Assembly: GCA_031414595.1 (NCBI GenBank)
Contig: JANNVX010000088.1
Location: 160,001-224,000 of the forward strand
DNA from: Deinococcales bacterium
Lineage (GTDB): Bacteria > Deinococcota > Deinococci > Deinococcales > JAAFIG01
Reading direction: 5' to 3'
DNA: 64,000 nt
Below, piece after piece: positions 1 to 11,460 of the stretch; within the stretch, counting starts at the first letter, position 1; each line of letters opens with the position of its first letter. The notes under the pieces were generated by a model that saw only the letters and a list, made by a program, of their open reading frames with translations, did no database searches and had not been told where the DNA came from. The translations under genes and the position numbers were made by a program.

Positions 1-235
<235 letters not shown>

Positions 236-1318
236 TCACGCTTCGAATTCGTTTGCAATGGTTGGTGGTACAACCAGCACACTCAGCACCAAACCCGTAA
301 AAGCCGCCATAACCATTGTCCCAGTCCAGAATTCAAGCTCAAGCGCTATGCCTTCGCGTAAGTGGCGCACCAGAAAATGCCCACCCCAAATAATAATTGG
401 TAGCACTACTGCTAAAGCGCGAAACTCGAGAACCCGTTTGCAAGACGGTTTGTATAGCGCGACAAAACCATCGGCGAATAAACCCGCTACTGCCATGGCA
501 AAAACAGCTTGCCAATTGACTGAACCACCAATCACGGTCATGCCAATGGTGTTTAGTGTAAACAGTAAAGTAAACGCCCCAAAAGGAGTTTTCCAACGTC
601 GGAGTAGCAGTAAAACAGGTGTGAGGAGAATAACGTTGCTAAACAATATCCCCATGTTGGCAAAATTAGAAGCGATGTTAAAGGTTGTACTTCCTCGAAT
701 TCCACCAATCCAATTCATATAATTATTTCCATCTGGCACATTGGTTAAACCCCAAGCGTGCAGTTGAAAAAAAGTAGCAAAGGAAAAAGCTGCTAAACTG
801 CTCAGTAACACAGGTAGAAACTCGAGGAATTTGGGGGCATACCCAAGAGTTGCCCATCCTGAACGTAACGGACTTGTGACCAACAATGTGCCACCACATA
901 GCAGCAGCAAATGACTTGGCGAGAGCAGCGCTGCATTGCCAACTTCGATACCAAAAACCGAATGCCAAATCATGTCGCTAATGCCACCAAGTCCAAAAAT
1001 AGCAATGCCAAGTAATCCCAGTTCGTACCCAATCGGGATAGCCGCAAAACTGGTTCGTCCTAGGCGGATTTGCTTAAAAACCAACCACATTGTCCAAAGT
1101 GCCGAAACAGAAAAGCCAGCGTATAAAATCGCGTGCCAAGGTGTAAAGAAACTTTCGATTGTGCCACGCAGATTGCTATGGGCAAAACCATCAATAAAAA
1201 CCCCAGTGATTAACCAAAGTCCTAATCCAATGGTGATCAGGTTTTCGTTCCAACTTGCTTGGGCGCGACCTAGGGGCATGGCTCGAGAAGAGGCAGGAAT
1301 GTTAGCGTTAGCGTTCAT
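236..1318 (-). CDS. Multi-pass membrane protein of unknown function
   Basis: 360 aa, many hydrophobic helices, repeated D-x3-H and P-x-H motifs (IDGFAH/TPWH; SDMIWH/SPSH); -10 TACATT 5 nt before ATG. Confidence 0.75.
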   Translation of the reverse strand: MNANANIPASSRAMPLGRAQASWNENLITIGLGLWLITGVFIDGFAHSNLRGTIESFFTPWHAILYAGFSVSALWTMWLVFKQIRLGRTSFAAIPIGYELGLLGIAIFGLGGISDMIWHSVFGIEVGNAALLSPSHLLLLCGGTLLVTSPLRSGWATLGYAPKFLEFLPVLLSSLAAFSFATFFQLHAWGLTNVPDGNNYMNWIGGIRGSTTFNIASNFANMGILFSNVILLTPVLLLLRRWKTPFGAFTLLFTLNTIGMTVIGGSVNWQAVFAMAVAGLFADGFVALYKPSCKRVLEFRALAVVLPIIIWGGHFLVRHLREGIALELEFWTGTMVMAAFTGLVLSVLVVPPTIANEFEA

Positions 1319-1452
1319 AAGACAATGTACTCGAGAATCGAGTTTCAGTGTTAAATCCGTTTATGTTTTTATATACCTAAGAAAAAACTCGAGAAGCTGC
1401 CTCGAGTTTTCAAAAAGCCTTGTATATGGCTTTTAATTGGCTACACCAAGAA

Positions 1453-1719
1453 CTATTCTTTGGTTTTGAATAATCCAAGGGTTTGAGCGCCAAAAACAAT
1501 TCCAGCCCCAGCTGCCGCCACAATTGCAATCTGTCCAATCAGCGCCAGTAAACTGGCAATAATTGGGGCAAGTAGCGCATTGGCAAGCACGCCAGCTACT
1601 GCGCCGCCAACCACGGCAATACCAAGGTGTTGTGGCTTAGAGAGTTTAAGTTGCAATATCGCAAGGGCAATTCCTGCACCTGCACCGATGAGAAGAGCTA
1701 AAACTAAGGGTAAATTCAT
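1453..1719 (-). CDS. Small Gly/Ala-rich membrane protein
   Basis: ATG at 1719 with GGAGGT RBS; about three hydrophobic segments (MNLPLVLALLIGAGAG...). Confidence 0.65.
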   Translation of the reverse strand: MNLPLVLALLIGAGAGIALAILQLKLSKPQHLGIAVVGGAVAGVLANALLAPIIASLLALIGQIAIVAAAGAGIVFGAQTLGLFKTKE

Positions 1720-1813
1720 AAGAAACCTCCTATTTACAGTACGTTGTTTTTGGTGAGAAAGTTCCAAGTTCTGGATACTTTCTTTTGTTAGCATACCCCG
1801 TTAGTCTAATGCC

Positions 1814-3516
<1,703 letters not shown>

Positions 3517-3681
3517 TTAAAAATAGGGGAGGCGTGACCCGTAAAGCTCTAAGTCCTGAGCTATGAAAGGCTTCCCCAAAGCCTCGGTAAGGGTATTGTG
3601 ACATCAAACTGCCAAAATGGGCTAGACTGTCGTTATCTATTTTCGTAACCGCCAAAAGCGGTTGACCTTGCAAGGGGGAAT

Positions 3682-6351
3682 ATGCCCGTACTATCAATTG
3701 GAGACCGTCGCCTCGGAGCAATACTTTTACAACTTGGGTATGTATCAGACACAGACTTACAACGTGCTTTGGAAAAACACGCCGAACTCGGTGGTCGTTT
3801 AGCCGATATTTTGATCGACAATGGGATTGTCAATGAACGACGAATTGCCAGAGCCATCGAAGATGAACTTGGGTATCCTTTGGTCAATTTGGTGCTGCTC
3901 GAGCCAGAACCAGAAGTAACCGCCTTAATAGACGGCAATAAAGCCCAAGAACTGATGGCGTTTCCCTTTAAGTTCGAGAATGGCAAATTGCGGGTCGCCT
4001 TTGTTGACCCACTGAACACCATGGCAATAGAAGCCATCGAAGATGCCACAAATTGTGTTGTAGACCCGCACCAAGCCCTGCGTGACCATATTAAATGGGC
4101 GATTGCCACCTATTACCCCGAATTGGGTTTGGATATTCCAGAACTCGGTAAGTTGTCCAGCCCCGAAGAAGAACGGCTTGGCAATCGTTTGGCGCGTAAA
4201 GGGGTCATCACCGATGGGCAACTCGAGGAAGCTCTGGCGCTCCAAGAGCCAAATGGCGAACCGATAGGCAAAATTTTGGTGCGCTTAGGCTACTTACCCG
4301 AAGTCGAATTGTTTCGGGTGCTTGCCGAACAAGCCAATGCGCCGTTTATTGAAGATAGTATTTCCTTGGCTGTGCCAGAAGAAGTCTCGAGTTTACTGCT
4401 GCGTACCGATGCAGTGCGTTTTCAAGCCGTGCCAATCAGCGATGATGGCGTGACAATCACCATTGTTTGCCCTGAGCCAAAACGCCAACCAGACATTCAA
4501 GCCTTGTTCAAAAAACAAGTGCGAATTTCAATGATGGCACCTACCCAAGTCGAAGCCTTGATTGACCGTATCTATGTGTTCAAAGGGCAGGTAGGTACAA
4601 CTTTAATCATAGATGGTAAAATTAACCGTGAACAACTTGCCGAAGCGCTTAAAATCCAACGCAAAGAGGGGAAGTCCAAACCGCTTGGTGAAGTCCTTGT
4701 AGAACTCGGCTATGCCAGTTCCGATGAAGTAGACCGCGCCCTTGCCAAGCAAAAAACGGGTGGTGGTCGTCTCGAGGATACGCTGGTGCAGTCTGGCAAA
4801 CTCTCCCCAGAAATGCTGGCGAAGTCCTTGGCAGTGCAATTGGGCTATGAATTTGTCAATCCCGGGCAAGATGCCCCAGACCCCGGAGTGATTACCTTAA
4901 TCCCCGAAAATCAAGCGCGGCGTTATACACTTTTTCCTTATAAGATGCAGGGCAATGCACTGCAAGTTTTAATGAAAGACCCACGCAATGTCTTTGCCAT
5001 AGACGACTTAAAACTGATGACTGGGCGCGAGATTATTCCCGTCGTCGCCATCGAAGGCGATATTCAAAAACTGATTGACCGAGCGTATGGTGCAAGCGGA
5101 ATAAACGCCGATGAGTTAAATAAAGAACTGGCAGCCCTTGGTTCTGGTAGCAGTGGCAAAGTCGAAGAAATAGACTCGAGTTTAGACGATAACGCTGTGG
5201 TTCGCACGGTTGATCATGTCATCCGTGAAGCGATTCTGGCAGAGGCTTCGGATATTCACATCGAACCCACCCCAGACTTGGTGCGGGTTCGTTTTCGCAT
5301 AGACGGTTCGCTCAAAGAAATCACCACCCTGCCGAGGGCGAGTGCCAACAGTATTGCCGCCCGTATCAAAATCATGGGCGGCTTGGATATTGCTGAACGC
5401 CGCGTACCCCAAGATGGTCGGGTTAGTTTTAAGTCTAAAGGCATCAACTGCGATTTGCGTCTTTCTACCCTTCCCGTCAAATACGGTGAAAAAATTGTCA
5501 TGCGTGTGCTGCAAAAAGCTACCAACATTCCAGAAATCGAGGATTTGGGTTTCTCAGATTATAACTTAGAACGCTACAAAGACCTGATTCAAATCCCTTA
5601 CGGAATCTTTTTAATTACTGGTCCGACAGGTTCTGGTAAGTCCTACACGACCTTCTCGAGCCTAAAACGAATTGCTACCCCAGATATTAATGTCACCACC
5701 ATTGAAGACCCTATCGAATACGAAATTCCAGGCTTAAACCAATCACAAGTCAATAATGCGGCGGGTATGACTTTTGCGCGGGCGCTTAGGTCTTTTTTGC
5801 GGCAAGACCCAGACGTTATTATGGTCGGCGAAATCCGTGACACTGAAACCGCTAAAATTGCGGTTGAAGCTGCCCTGACAGGACATTTGGTGGTCGGAAC
5901 ACTCCACACCAATGATGCGGCTGGTGCAATTACTCGTCTCGAGGAAATGGGAGTAGAACTTTTCAATGTTTCGGCTTCCTTAGTTGGGGTACTAGCTCAG
6001 CGTTTAGTGCGTAAAGTCTGCAAAGACTGCAAACAAGAACTGCCCGCCGACCCTGAAGTGCTACGCCGCCTCGGAGTCAGTGAGGAGCAAGTGGTCGGAC
6101 GTACCATCGTTAAAGGTTTGGGCTGCAACAAATGCAGTGATACAGGTTATAAAGGTCGTATGGCAATCCACGAATTGATGGTGGTGGACGATCATGTTCG
6201 CAAGGCAATCATTGAACATAAAACTTCGACTGAAATCAGACAAATTGCCAGAGAAAAAGCTGGGCTTGTGACCTTAATGGAAGATGGTCTCGAAAAAGCC
6301 CTGCAAGGTAAAACCACGCTTGAGGAAATCGCCAGCGCAATCTCTGACTAA
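3682..6351 (+). CDS. pilB: Type IV pilus assembly ATPase PilB/PilF with N-terminal MshEN/GSPII repeats
   Basis: Repeated RLGxxL...LxxAL MshEN-type motifs; GPTGSGKS Walker A, TIEDPIEY, LRQDPDVIMVGEIRD, TGHLVVGTLHTND, CxxC...CxxC. Confidence 0.95.
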   Translation: MPVLSIGDRRLGAILLQLGYVSDTDLQRALEKHAELGGRLADILIDNGIVNERRIARAIEDELGYPLVNLVLLEPEPEVTALIDGNKAQELMAFPFKFENGKLRVAFVDPLNTMAIEAIEDATNCVVDPHQALRDHIKWAIATYYPELGLDIPELGKLSSPEEERLGNRLARKGVITDGQLEEALALQEPNGEPIGKILVRLGYLPEVELFRVLAEQANAPFIEDSISLAVPEEVSSLLLRTDAVRFQAVPISDDGVTITIVCPEPKRQPDIQALFKKQVRISMMAPTQVEALIDRIYVFKGQVGTTLIIDGKINREQLAEALKIQRKEGKSKPLGEVLVELGYASSDEVDRALAKQKTGGGRLEDTLVQSGKLSPEMLAKSLAVQLGYEFVNPGQDAPDPGVITLIPENQARRYTLFPYKMQGNALQVLMKDPRNVFAIDDLKLMTGREIIPVVAIEGDIQKLIDRAYGASGINADELNKELAALGSGSSGKVEEIDSSLDDNAVVRTVDHVIREAILAEASDIHIEPTPDLVRVRFRIDGSLKEITTLPRASANSIAARIKIMGGLDIAERRVPQDGRVSFKSKGINCDLRLSTLPVKYGEKIVMRVLQKATNIPEIEDLGFSDYNLERYKDLIQIPYGIFLITGPTGSGKSYTTFSSLKRIATPDINVTTIEDPIEYEIPGLNQSQVNNAAGMTFARALRSFLRQDPDVIMVGEIRDTETAKIAVEAALTGHLVVGTLHTNDAAGAITRLEEMGVELFNVSASLVGVLAQRLVRKVCKDCKQELPADPEVLRRLGVSEEQVVGRTIVKGLGCNKCSDTGYKGRMAIHELMVVDDHVRKAIIEHKTSTEIRQIAREKAGLVTLMEDGLEKALQGKTTLEEIASAISD

Positions 6352-6360
6352 GTTCAGGTG

Positions 6361-6389
6361 AATCCACCAGTCAAACTGGTGGATTTTTT
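6361..6389 (+). terminator. Intrinsic terminator after pilB
   Basis: AATCCACCAGT-caa-ACTGGTGGATT followed by T run. Confidence 0.85.
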
Positions 6390-6423
6390 ATGCCCGAAAT
6401 TACGGTAGACTGATACTGGGAAT

Positions 6424-9279
6424 ATGACAGCCACCGCCGTCACAACTGTTCATTTGTCAACTTTAGGGCAACACCGTCTCGAGGGTCGTTCATTTACTCG
6501 CCCAAAAGCCGTGGCGTTTTTGACCTACTTACTGTTTGAAGGTCGGCAAAATCGGCATTTTCTGGCAGATTTTTTCTGGCAAGATGCCGAAGACCCAATG
6601 AATAGCCTACGCAATCAAATTTTTCAGCTTAAACCTTTTGTCGCAGATGCCCTAGTAACCTCACGGCAAAGCATCGAATTTATTGGAACTTGTGATGCCC
6701 TCGAGCTACTGCATTTACTCGAACTGGGGCAATTAGAAGCAGCCATAGCACTTTATCAAGGCGAATTTCTAGCTGGTTTTGAAGCACCGGACAACATCGA
6801 ACTGGCTGCATGGCTCAAAACCACCCGCCAATTTATTAAACGCCAAGTTCTCGAGGCTTATTTACAACTCTGCGAAAAGGCTTTAGCGCAAAAAAACCTT
6901 GACCAGATAGAGCCATACCTCGAGCAAGCCCAGAATGTACTGAATTTGGGCAGCACCGACTTAAAATCGTGGTTTACCCGACGAGTTGAGGACTTACAAA
7001 GTCGTATCCAAGAACAACAAAAACAAGTTACCCCCCATAATTTAATACCTTCCAGCAGCGAATTTATTGGACGAAGCCAAGAAATCAGTACAATTTTAAT
7101 CAATTTTCAAAATCAAGCCCAGTTGCTAACCCTGTTTGGCTTTGGCGGCATTGGCAAAACTACGCTTGCGCTCGAGACTGCCCGAACTGCTTTGCAGACC
7201 CAACAATACTTAGACGGTATTTACTTTATTGCCTTAGAAACAGCCCAAACCGAAAACGATTTACTGGCTCGAGTCGTCACGACCCTAGAAATAACTTTAC
7301 AAACCAGTCAGCCGATGCTTGAGCAGATTAAAACCTTTATTGGCGTTAAATCCATGTTGCTGGTTTTAGACAATTTCGAGCAACTGACCGAACAAACCCA
7401 CTTAATCGCCGAATTACTCGAGAACAGCCCAAATCTGCGTGTACTTTGCACCAGCCGTGAAGTGCTTGGCTTACAAGCCGAACATGTCTACCCGATTTCT
7501 GGACTCGAGACTACAAATATCAGTAGTGGCGCAGTGCAACTCTTTACCACTCGAGCCGCCGAAGAGTTTTCGAGCCAAGAACTTGAAATTATTTTAGAGA
7601 TTGTCCGAGTCTTACAAGGTATCCCATTAGCCATAGAACTGGCAGTCCCACAATTAAAGACTTTTAGTTTGCTCGAGTTACAAGCTGCCTTGCAAAAAAG
7701 CATGGATGCCCTACAAAGCCAAACCACCGAACTACCCGAGCGTCAACGCAGCATCCGAGCCGTGTTTTTACATTCATGGGCATTACTGAGCCAAGCCGAA
7801 CGCCAAGGCTTACAGCGCATGGCAGTTTTTAAGAACGGCGCAAACCGCCATGCGCTCTTAACCATAGCCCAAATTAGTCTATCGCAGATTGCCAATTTAA
7901 TAGATAAATCCTTTGTGCAACGGGCTGGACAACAACGGTACACGATTCATCCGCTTATTCTCGAGTACACTTTGGAGCTACTACAAGCCGACTCGGAATT
8001 TGCACCGATGCTAGGTAAGCACGCGTTTTTTTACCTAGACCAAATTGGCAACGAATTACCAAAAATTAGGGGAGCAGAAGCGGCGGCTGTGATGCAGAAA
8101 ATAGAAACTGATTTTGACAACCTAAAAGCAGCTTGGGCATGGGCGCTCGAGAATAAGGATTTTCCTCGAATAGCGGCACTCGAGGAAATGGTGGTCTACT
8201 TTGACCAGAAAGCACTTTTTTTTCAGGGGATAGAGTTTTTTGAAGAAGCGAATAGCAAACTTAAAGATGTTGTAAACCAGCCGTTGATGCTAAGTGGAAT
8301 AGCCATTGGAATTGCTTGGTTAAATTACCGTTTGGGGAACGCTGAGAAAGCAAAAATGTATGCAGAGTGTGCAGTTGAGTGTGCTAAAAGCGAGCTAATT
8401 TTAGGAAAAAATAATCTATCAAAAGCGTTCAATATTTTAGGAAGTATTGCATCATTAGATTATGAACACACAGCAGCATTGAATTATTTTAATGAAGCGG
8501 TTCGATATTGTGACTCTGATAATCTTAAAATTAGGAAAGTGACGCTTCTTTTAAGGATAGCAGGAATTTACCGAGAACTCGAGGATTTTGAAGGGTTTTG
8601 GGAAGTTTGGGAGTCTGCTTATGCAATAAATCAAGAATTGAATCTCGATACTTTAAGAGTTTTAGTGACCATACAAAAAGCAAACTTCATACTTTACTAT
8701 GTTTCAAAAGAAGAAATTATAAAATTTATACCTGAAATGATCGAAGTTTATAATCTAACTCGAAGTAGTTCTGTTAATGGTCAACCTTATTTTGAAGTTT
8801 TAATTTGCCAGTGTTATTTAGCTGTCAAAGATTTGAAAAATGCGGAATTCTGGCTTCAAAAGTTCATCCTAAGAGATACGTCTCAAATGAATCACCAGCT
8901 CAACTTTTTCTCGCAATCACTATTCGGAAAAATTGAAATACTGAAAGGGAATCGTAAAAATGCCAAAGACATATTGATCAACATTTTCTTTGTTCCCTTT
9001 GAAAGACACAATATTTTAACATTCTTTATGACTTCGGTTAGCTTAGTTGACTTACTCCCAGAGGTTTATAGCAACGATTTTCGGGATTTAGTAAAACTGG
9101 TCATCACTCATAAAGCGATGACCAGTCAGAAGATTTTAGTTAAGCAGTATTTGAAAGAAGAGTCTTTTGATGTGAGACTGGAATTACTTCAAGAGACTTC
9201 TGACCAGCAAATAGAATCTGCTCAACAGCGTATTATTGGTATGTTACGGACCACCGCCGTAGTTAGTAGGGTCAGCTAG
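6424..9279 (+). CDS. AfsR/SARP-like regulator: wHTH-BTAD, NB-ARC (STAND) ATPase, TPR region
   Basis: N-terminal SARP-like region (PKAVAFLTYL...LADFFW...SLRNQIFQLK; LYQGEFLAG), FIGR, Walker A GFGGIGKT, Walker B LLVLDNFE, GIPLAIELA, HPLI, helical TPR-like C-terminus. Confidence 0.88.
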   Translation: MTATAVTTVHLSTLGQHRLEGRSFTRPKAVAFLTYLLFEGRQNRHFLADFFWQDAEDPMNSLRNQIFQLKPFVADALVTSRQSIEFIGTCDALELLHLLELGQLEAAIALYQGEFLAGFEAPDNIELAAWLKTTRQFIKRQVLEAYLQLCEKALAQKNLDQIEPYLEQAQNVLNLGSTDLKSWFTRRVEDLQSRIQEQQKQVTPHNLIPSSSEFIGRSQEISTILINFQNQAQLLTLFGFGGIGKTTLALETARTALQTQQYLDGIYFIALETAQTENDLLARVVTTLEITLQTSQPMLEQIKTFIGVKSMLLVLDNFEQLTEQTHLIAELLENSPNLRVLCTSREVLGLQAEHVYPISGLETTNISSGAVQLFTTRAAEEFSSQELEIILEIVRVLQGIPLAIELAVPQLKTFSLLELQAALQKSMDALQSQTTELPERQRSIRAVFLHSWALLSQAERQGLQRMAVFKNGANRHALLTIAQISLSQIANLIDKSFVQRAGQQRYTIHPLILEYTLELLQADSEFAPMLGKHAFFYLDQIGNELPKIRGAEAAAVMQKIETDFDNLKAAWAWALENKDFPRIAALEEMVVYFDQKALFFQGIEFFEEANSKLKDVVNQPLMLSGIAIGIAWLNYRLGNAEKAKMYAECAVECAKSELILGKNNLSKAFNILGSIASLDYEHTAALNYFNEAVRYCDSDNLKIRKVTLLLRIAGIYRELEDFEGFWEVWESAYAINQELNLDTLRVLVTIQKANFILYYVSKEEIIKFIPEMIEVYNLTRSSSVNGQPYFEVLICQCYLAVKDLKNAEFWLQKFILRDTSQMNHQLNFFSQSLFGKIEILKGNRKNAKDILINIFFVPFERHNILTFFMTSVSLVDLLPEVYSNDFRDLVKLVITHKAMTSQKILVKQYLKEESFDVRLELLQETSDQQIESAQQRIIGMLRTTAVVSRVS

Positions 9280-9384
9280 GGTGACTCCTAACAGGCTTGA
9301 AGCACCAAACATCAGAGCAAGCAAAGCTAAAGTAACAACCAAGGGCTTTGTGAGTTGCATGAGAACTAATTTTAAATTTTTCAT
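9244..9384 (-). CDS. Unannotated 46-aa secreted prepeptide MKNLKLVLMQLTKPLVVTLALLALMFGASSLLGVTLA-DPTNYGGGP
   Basis: Hand translation; AAGGAGGT RBS just before ATG; basic N-terminus, hydrophobic core, TLA signal-peptidase-like site; tail nearly identical to neighbour's C-terminus. Confidence 0.8.
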   Translation of the reverse strand: MKNLKLVLMQLTKPLVVTLALLALMFGASSLLGVTLADPTNYGGGP

Positions 9385-9426
9385 AAACACCTCCTTCGGC
9401 TATACTTAGCCGAAGGAGGTGTTTAT
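9383..9426. promoter_or_regulatory. Perfect 20-bp inverted repeat covering the RBS and start of the peptide gene (possibly also a terminator)
   Basis: ATAAACACCTCCTTCGGCTA-tact-TAGCCGAAGGAGGTGTTTAT. Confidence 0.75.
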
Positions 9427-9482
9427 TTGCAATCGTCGCGGCTTCTAAAACGTTTACTGTTTAACAGAGTAGGAAGAATAGA

Positions 9483-9935
9483 TTAGGGTCCACCACCAAA
9501 GTTTGTTGGATTACCAATATCATCACCCATTTTAGCAACAGGCAACTCGAGCAATTCGCCTTTCGCGTTGACCAATTCAAATTGCCCTTCAACTGGATTT
9601 GAAGTTCCAGCCGCTTCGCCCGGAATAACATACAGCCACCAGCCTTTGTAGACAATTTGTTGTTGGGCTTTGTCTGGGTTTCCGCCGCGTGTAATTGTGC
9701 TTAGGTCGCCTTGGTTCACGCCGCTTCCAGCTTTGGGTGTGCCAATTAATGGACTCCATTGCAAAATGAATTCCTGCATATAACCGGGGAATTGGTCGCC
9801 CCACGGGATGTACTTGTGGAATGGGTCGGTTTGCATTGGGCGGTACAAGTACACGGTTTGGTTTGTGCCAGTGACCAAGTGTGTGCCGTCACTCGAGACT
9901 TGGATAATGACTGTTTGGGCTGCTTCGTCTGCCAT
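9483..9935 (-). CDS. COG4315/Lipoprotein_15-like repeat protein without signal peptide; C-terminal tail NPTNFGGGP
   Basis: LVTGTNQTVYLY...WSPL...LSTITRGG...QIVYKGWWLY resemble the two Lipoprotein_15 repeats; GAGGTG RBS. Confidence 0.65.
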   Translation of the reverse strand: MADEAAQTVIIQVSSDGTHLVTGTNQTVYLYRPMQTDPFHKYIPWGDQFPGYMQEFILQWSPLIGTPKAGSGVNQGDLSTITRGGNPDKAQQQIVYKGWWLYVIPGEAAGTSNPVEGQFELVNAKGELLELPVAKMGDDIGNPTNFGGGP

Positions 9936-10107
9936 GTTTCACCTCTGGGTTAGATTTTATTGCTTTTAGAGTCTATCAGAAATAGAACGGAAAACGGATT
10001 GCTCGAAGTGAACGAGGTTGCAAAATCACAAGAATAGATTCACAAACAACGTAATCGTGAATAAAATCACAAAATAGGCACTGCTTTTCTTGATATGCTT
10101 ACTAGCC

Positions 10108-11460
10108 ATGAATATTGAAAATGCCAAGACAGAACTGCTCGAATGGCTTGCCATTCCTAGCATCAGCACCCTTTCCGAACGCGCCCCCGAAATGCGCCAA
10201 GCTGCCGAATACCTGCATCAAAAACTAAGTAGTCTTGGCATTACCTCGAGTATCCTCGAGACGGCTGGACATCCCGTGGTGTACGCCGAACACCTCAAAG
10301 CAGACTCTAGCGCCCCAACGGTTTTATTGTACGGACATTACGATGTTCAACCCACCGACCCCGAAAACGAATGGACAACCCCACCGTTTGCCCCAGAAAT
10401 CCGAGACCAAGCCATTTATGCTCGAGGCAGCACCGACGACAAAGGACAAGTCTGGGCGCATGTGGCAGCTTTAGAGCATCACCTAACGACCCACGGAAAA
10501 TTGCCTGTCAACCTTAAAATTTTAATCGAAGGCGAAGAAGAAATCGGCAGCCCTAACCTTAAACCTTTTGTCCAGTGGAATGCGGCTAAACTCGGCTGTG
10601 ATGTGGTGGTGATTTCCGATGGCAGCATGTTCGCGCCAAACGTCCCGACCCTGACGACTGGACTGCGTGGATTGTGTTATCTCGAGGTGCATGTTCAAGG
10701 CGCAAAACAAGACCTGCATTCGGGCGGCTACGGCGGTGCAGTCGCCAACCCAATTCAAGCCCTCGCCCAGATTATTCAGAGCCTTCGCAATGGCAACGGC
10801 GAGATTCTGATTCCAAGCATATATAACGATGTGCGCCCTGTCCCACCAGAAGAACTCGAGGGCTGGAAGCGTTTACCTTTTGATGAAGCAGCCCTGATGA
10901 AATCTGTGGGAGTCAGCGCCCTGCCCGGTGAAACCGGATACTCTGTCCTCGAGCGGCTCTGGGCAAGACCGACCTTAGAGATTAACGGCATCTGGGGCGG
11001 ATTTAGTGGCGAAGGACAAAAAACTGTGCTGCCCGCTAAGGCTGGCGCAAAAATCAGCCTCAGACTTGTGCCAGACCAAGAACCAGACCAAATTTTTGAA
11101 TTGGTCAAAAACCATATTCATAGCCTCGAGTTACCCGGCGTGACCGTCAGGGTTAAAAAACTACACACTGGTAATCCAGCGCTGGTGGACGCAAACAGCC
11201 CCGCCGCCCAAGCTGCGATTGCCGCCCTGTCTCGAGCTTACCCAAATGTTAAGCCATCCTTGGTACGGACTGGCGGTACAATCCCAGTGGTTTCGGTTTT
11301 CCGCGAAGTGCTAAACGCACCTGTATTACTGGTGGATTACGGCTTACCAGATGACGGAGCGCACGGACCAAATGAACGTTTTACGCTCGAGTGTTTTGAA
11401 AAAGGCATAGAAACCAGTATTTACTTATACGAAGAACTGGCAAAACTCGAGAAACGCTAA
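10108..11460 (+). CDS. M20 family metallo-dipeptidase (ArgE/DapE-like)
   Basis: YGHYDVQP, ARGSTDDKG, EGEEEIGS, DLHSG, AHGPNE. Confidence 0.93.
   Translation: MNIENAKTELLEWLAIPSISTLSERAPEMRQAAEYLHQKLSSLGITSSILETAGHPVVYAEHLKADSSAPTVLLYGHYDVQPTDPENEWTTPPFAPEIRDQAIYARGSTDDKGQVWAHVAALEHHLTTHGKLPVNLKILIEGEEEIGSPNLKPFVQWNAAKLGCDVVVISDGSMFAPNVPTLTTGLRGLCYLEVHVQGAKQDLHSGGYGGAVANPIQALAQIIQSLRNGNGEILIPSIYNDVRPVPPEELEGWKRLPFDEAALMKSVGVSALPGETGYSVLERLWARPTLEINGIWGGFSGEGQKTVLPAKAGAKISLRLVPDQEPDQIFELVKNHIHSLELPGVTVRVKKLHTGNPALVDANSPAAQAAIAALSRAYPNVKPSLVRTGGTIPVVSVFREVLNAPVLLVDYGLPDDGAHGPNERFTLECFEKGIETSIYLYEELAKLEKR

Noticed and set aside
3520-3590. c-di-GMP-I riboswitch or tRNA upstream of pilB
   Set aside because: Lacks the GEMM GCAAA/GAAA-tetraloop P2 core and lacks T-arm and anticodon arm; only a D-arm-like stem is present
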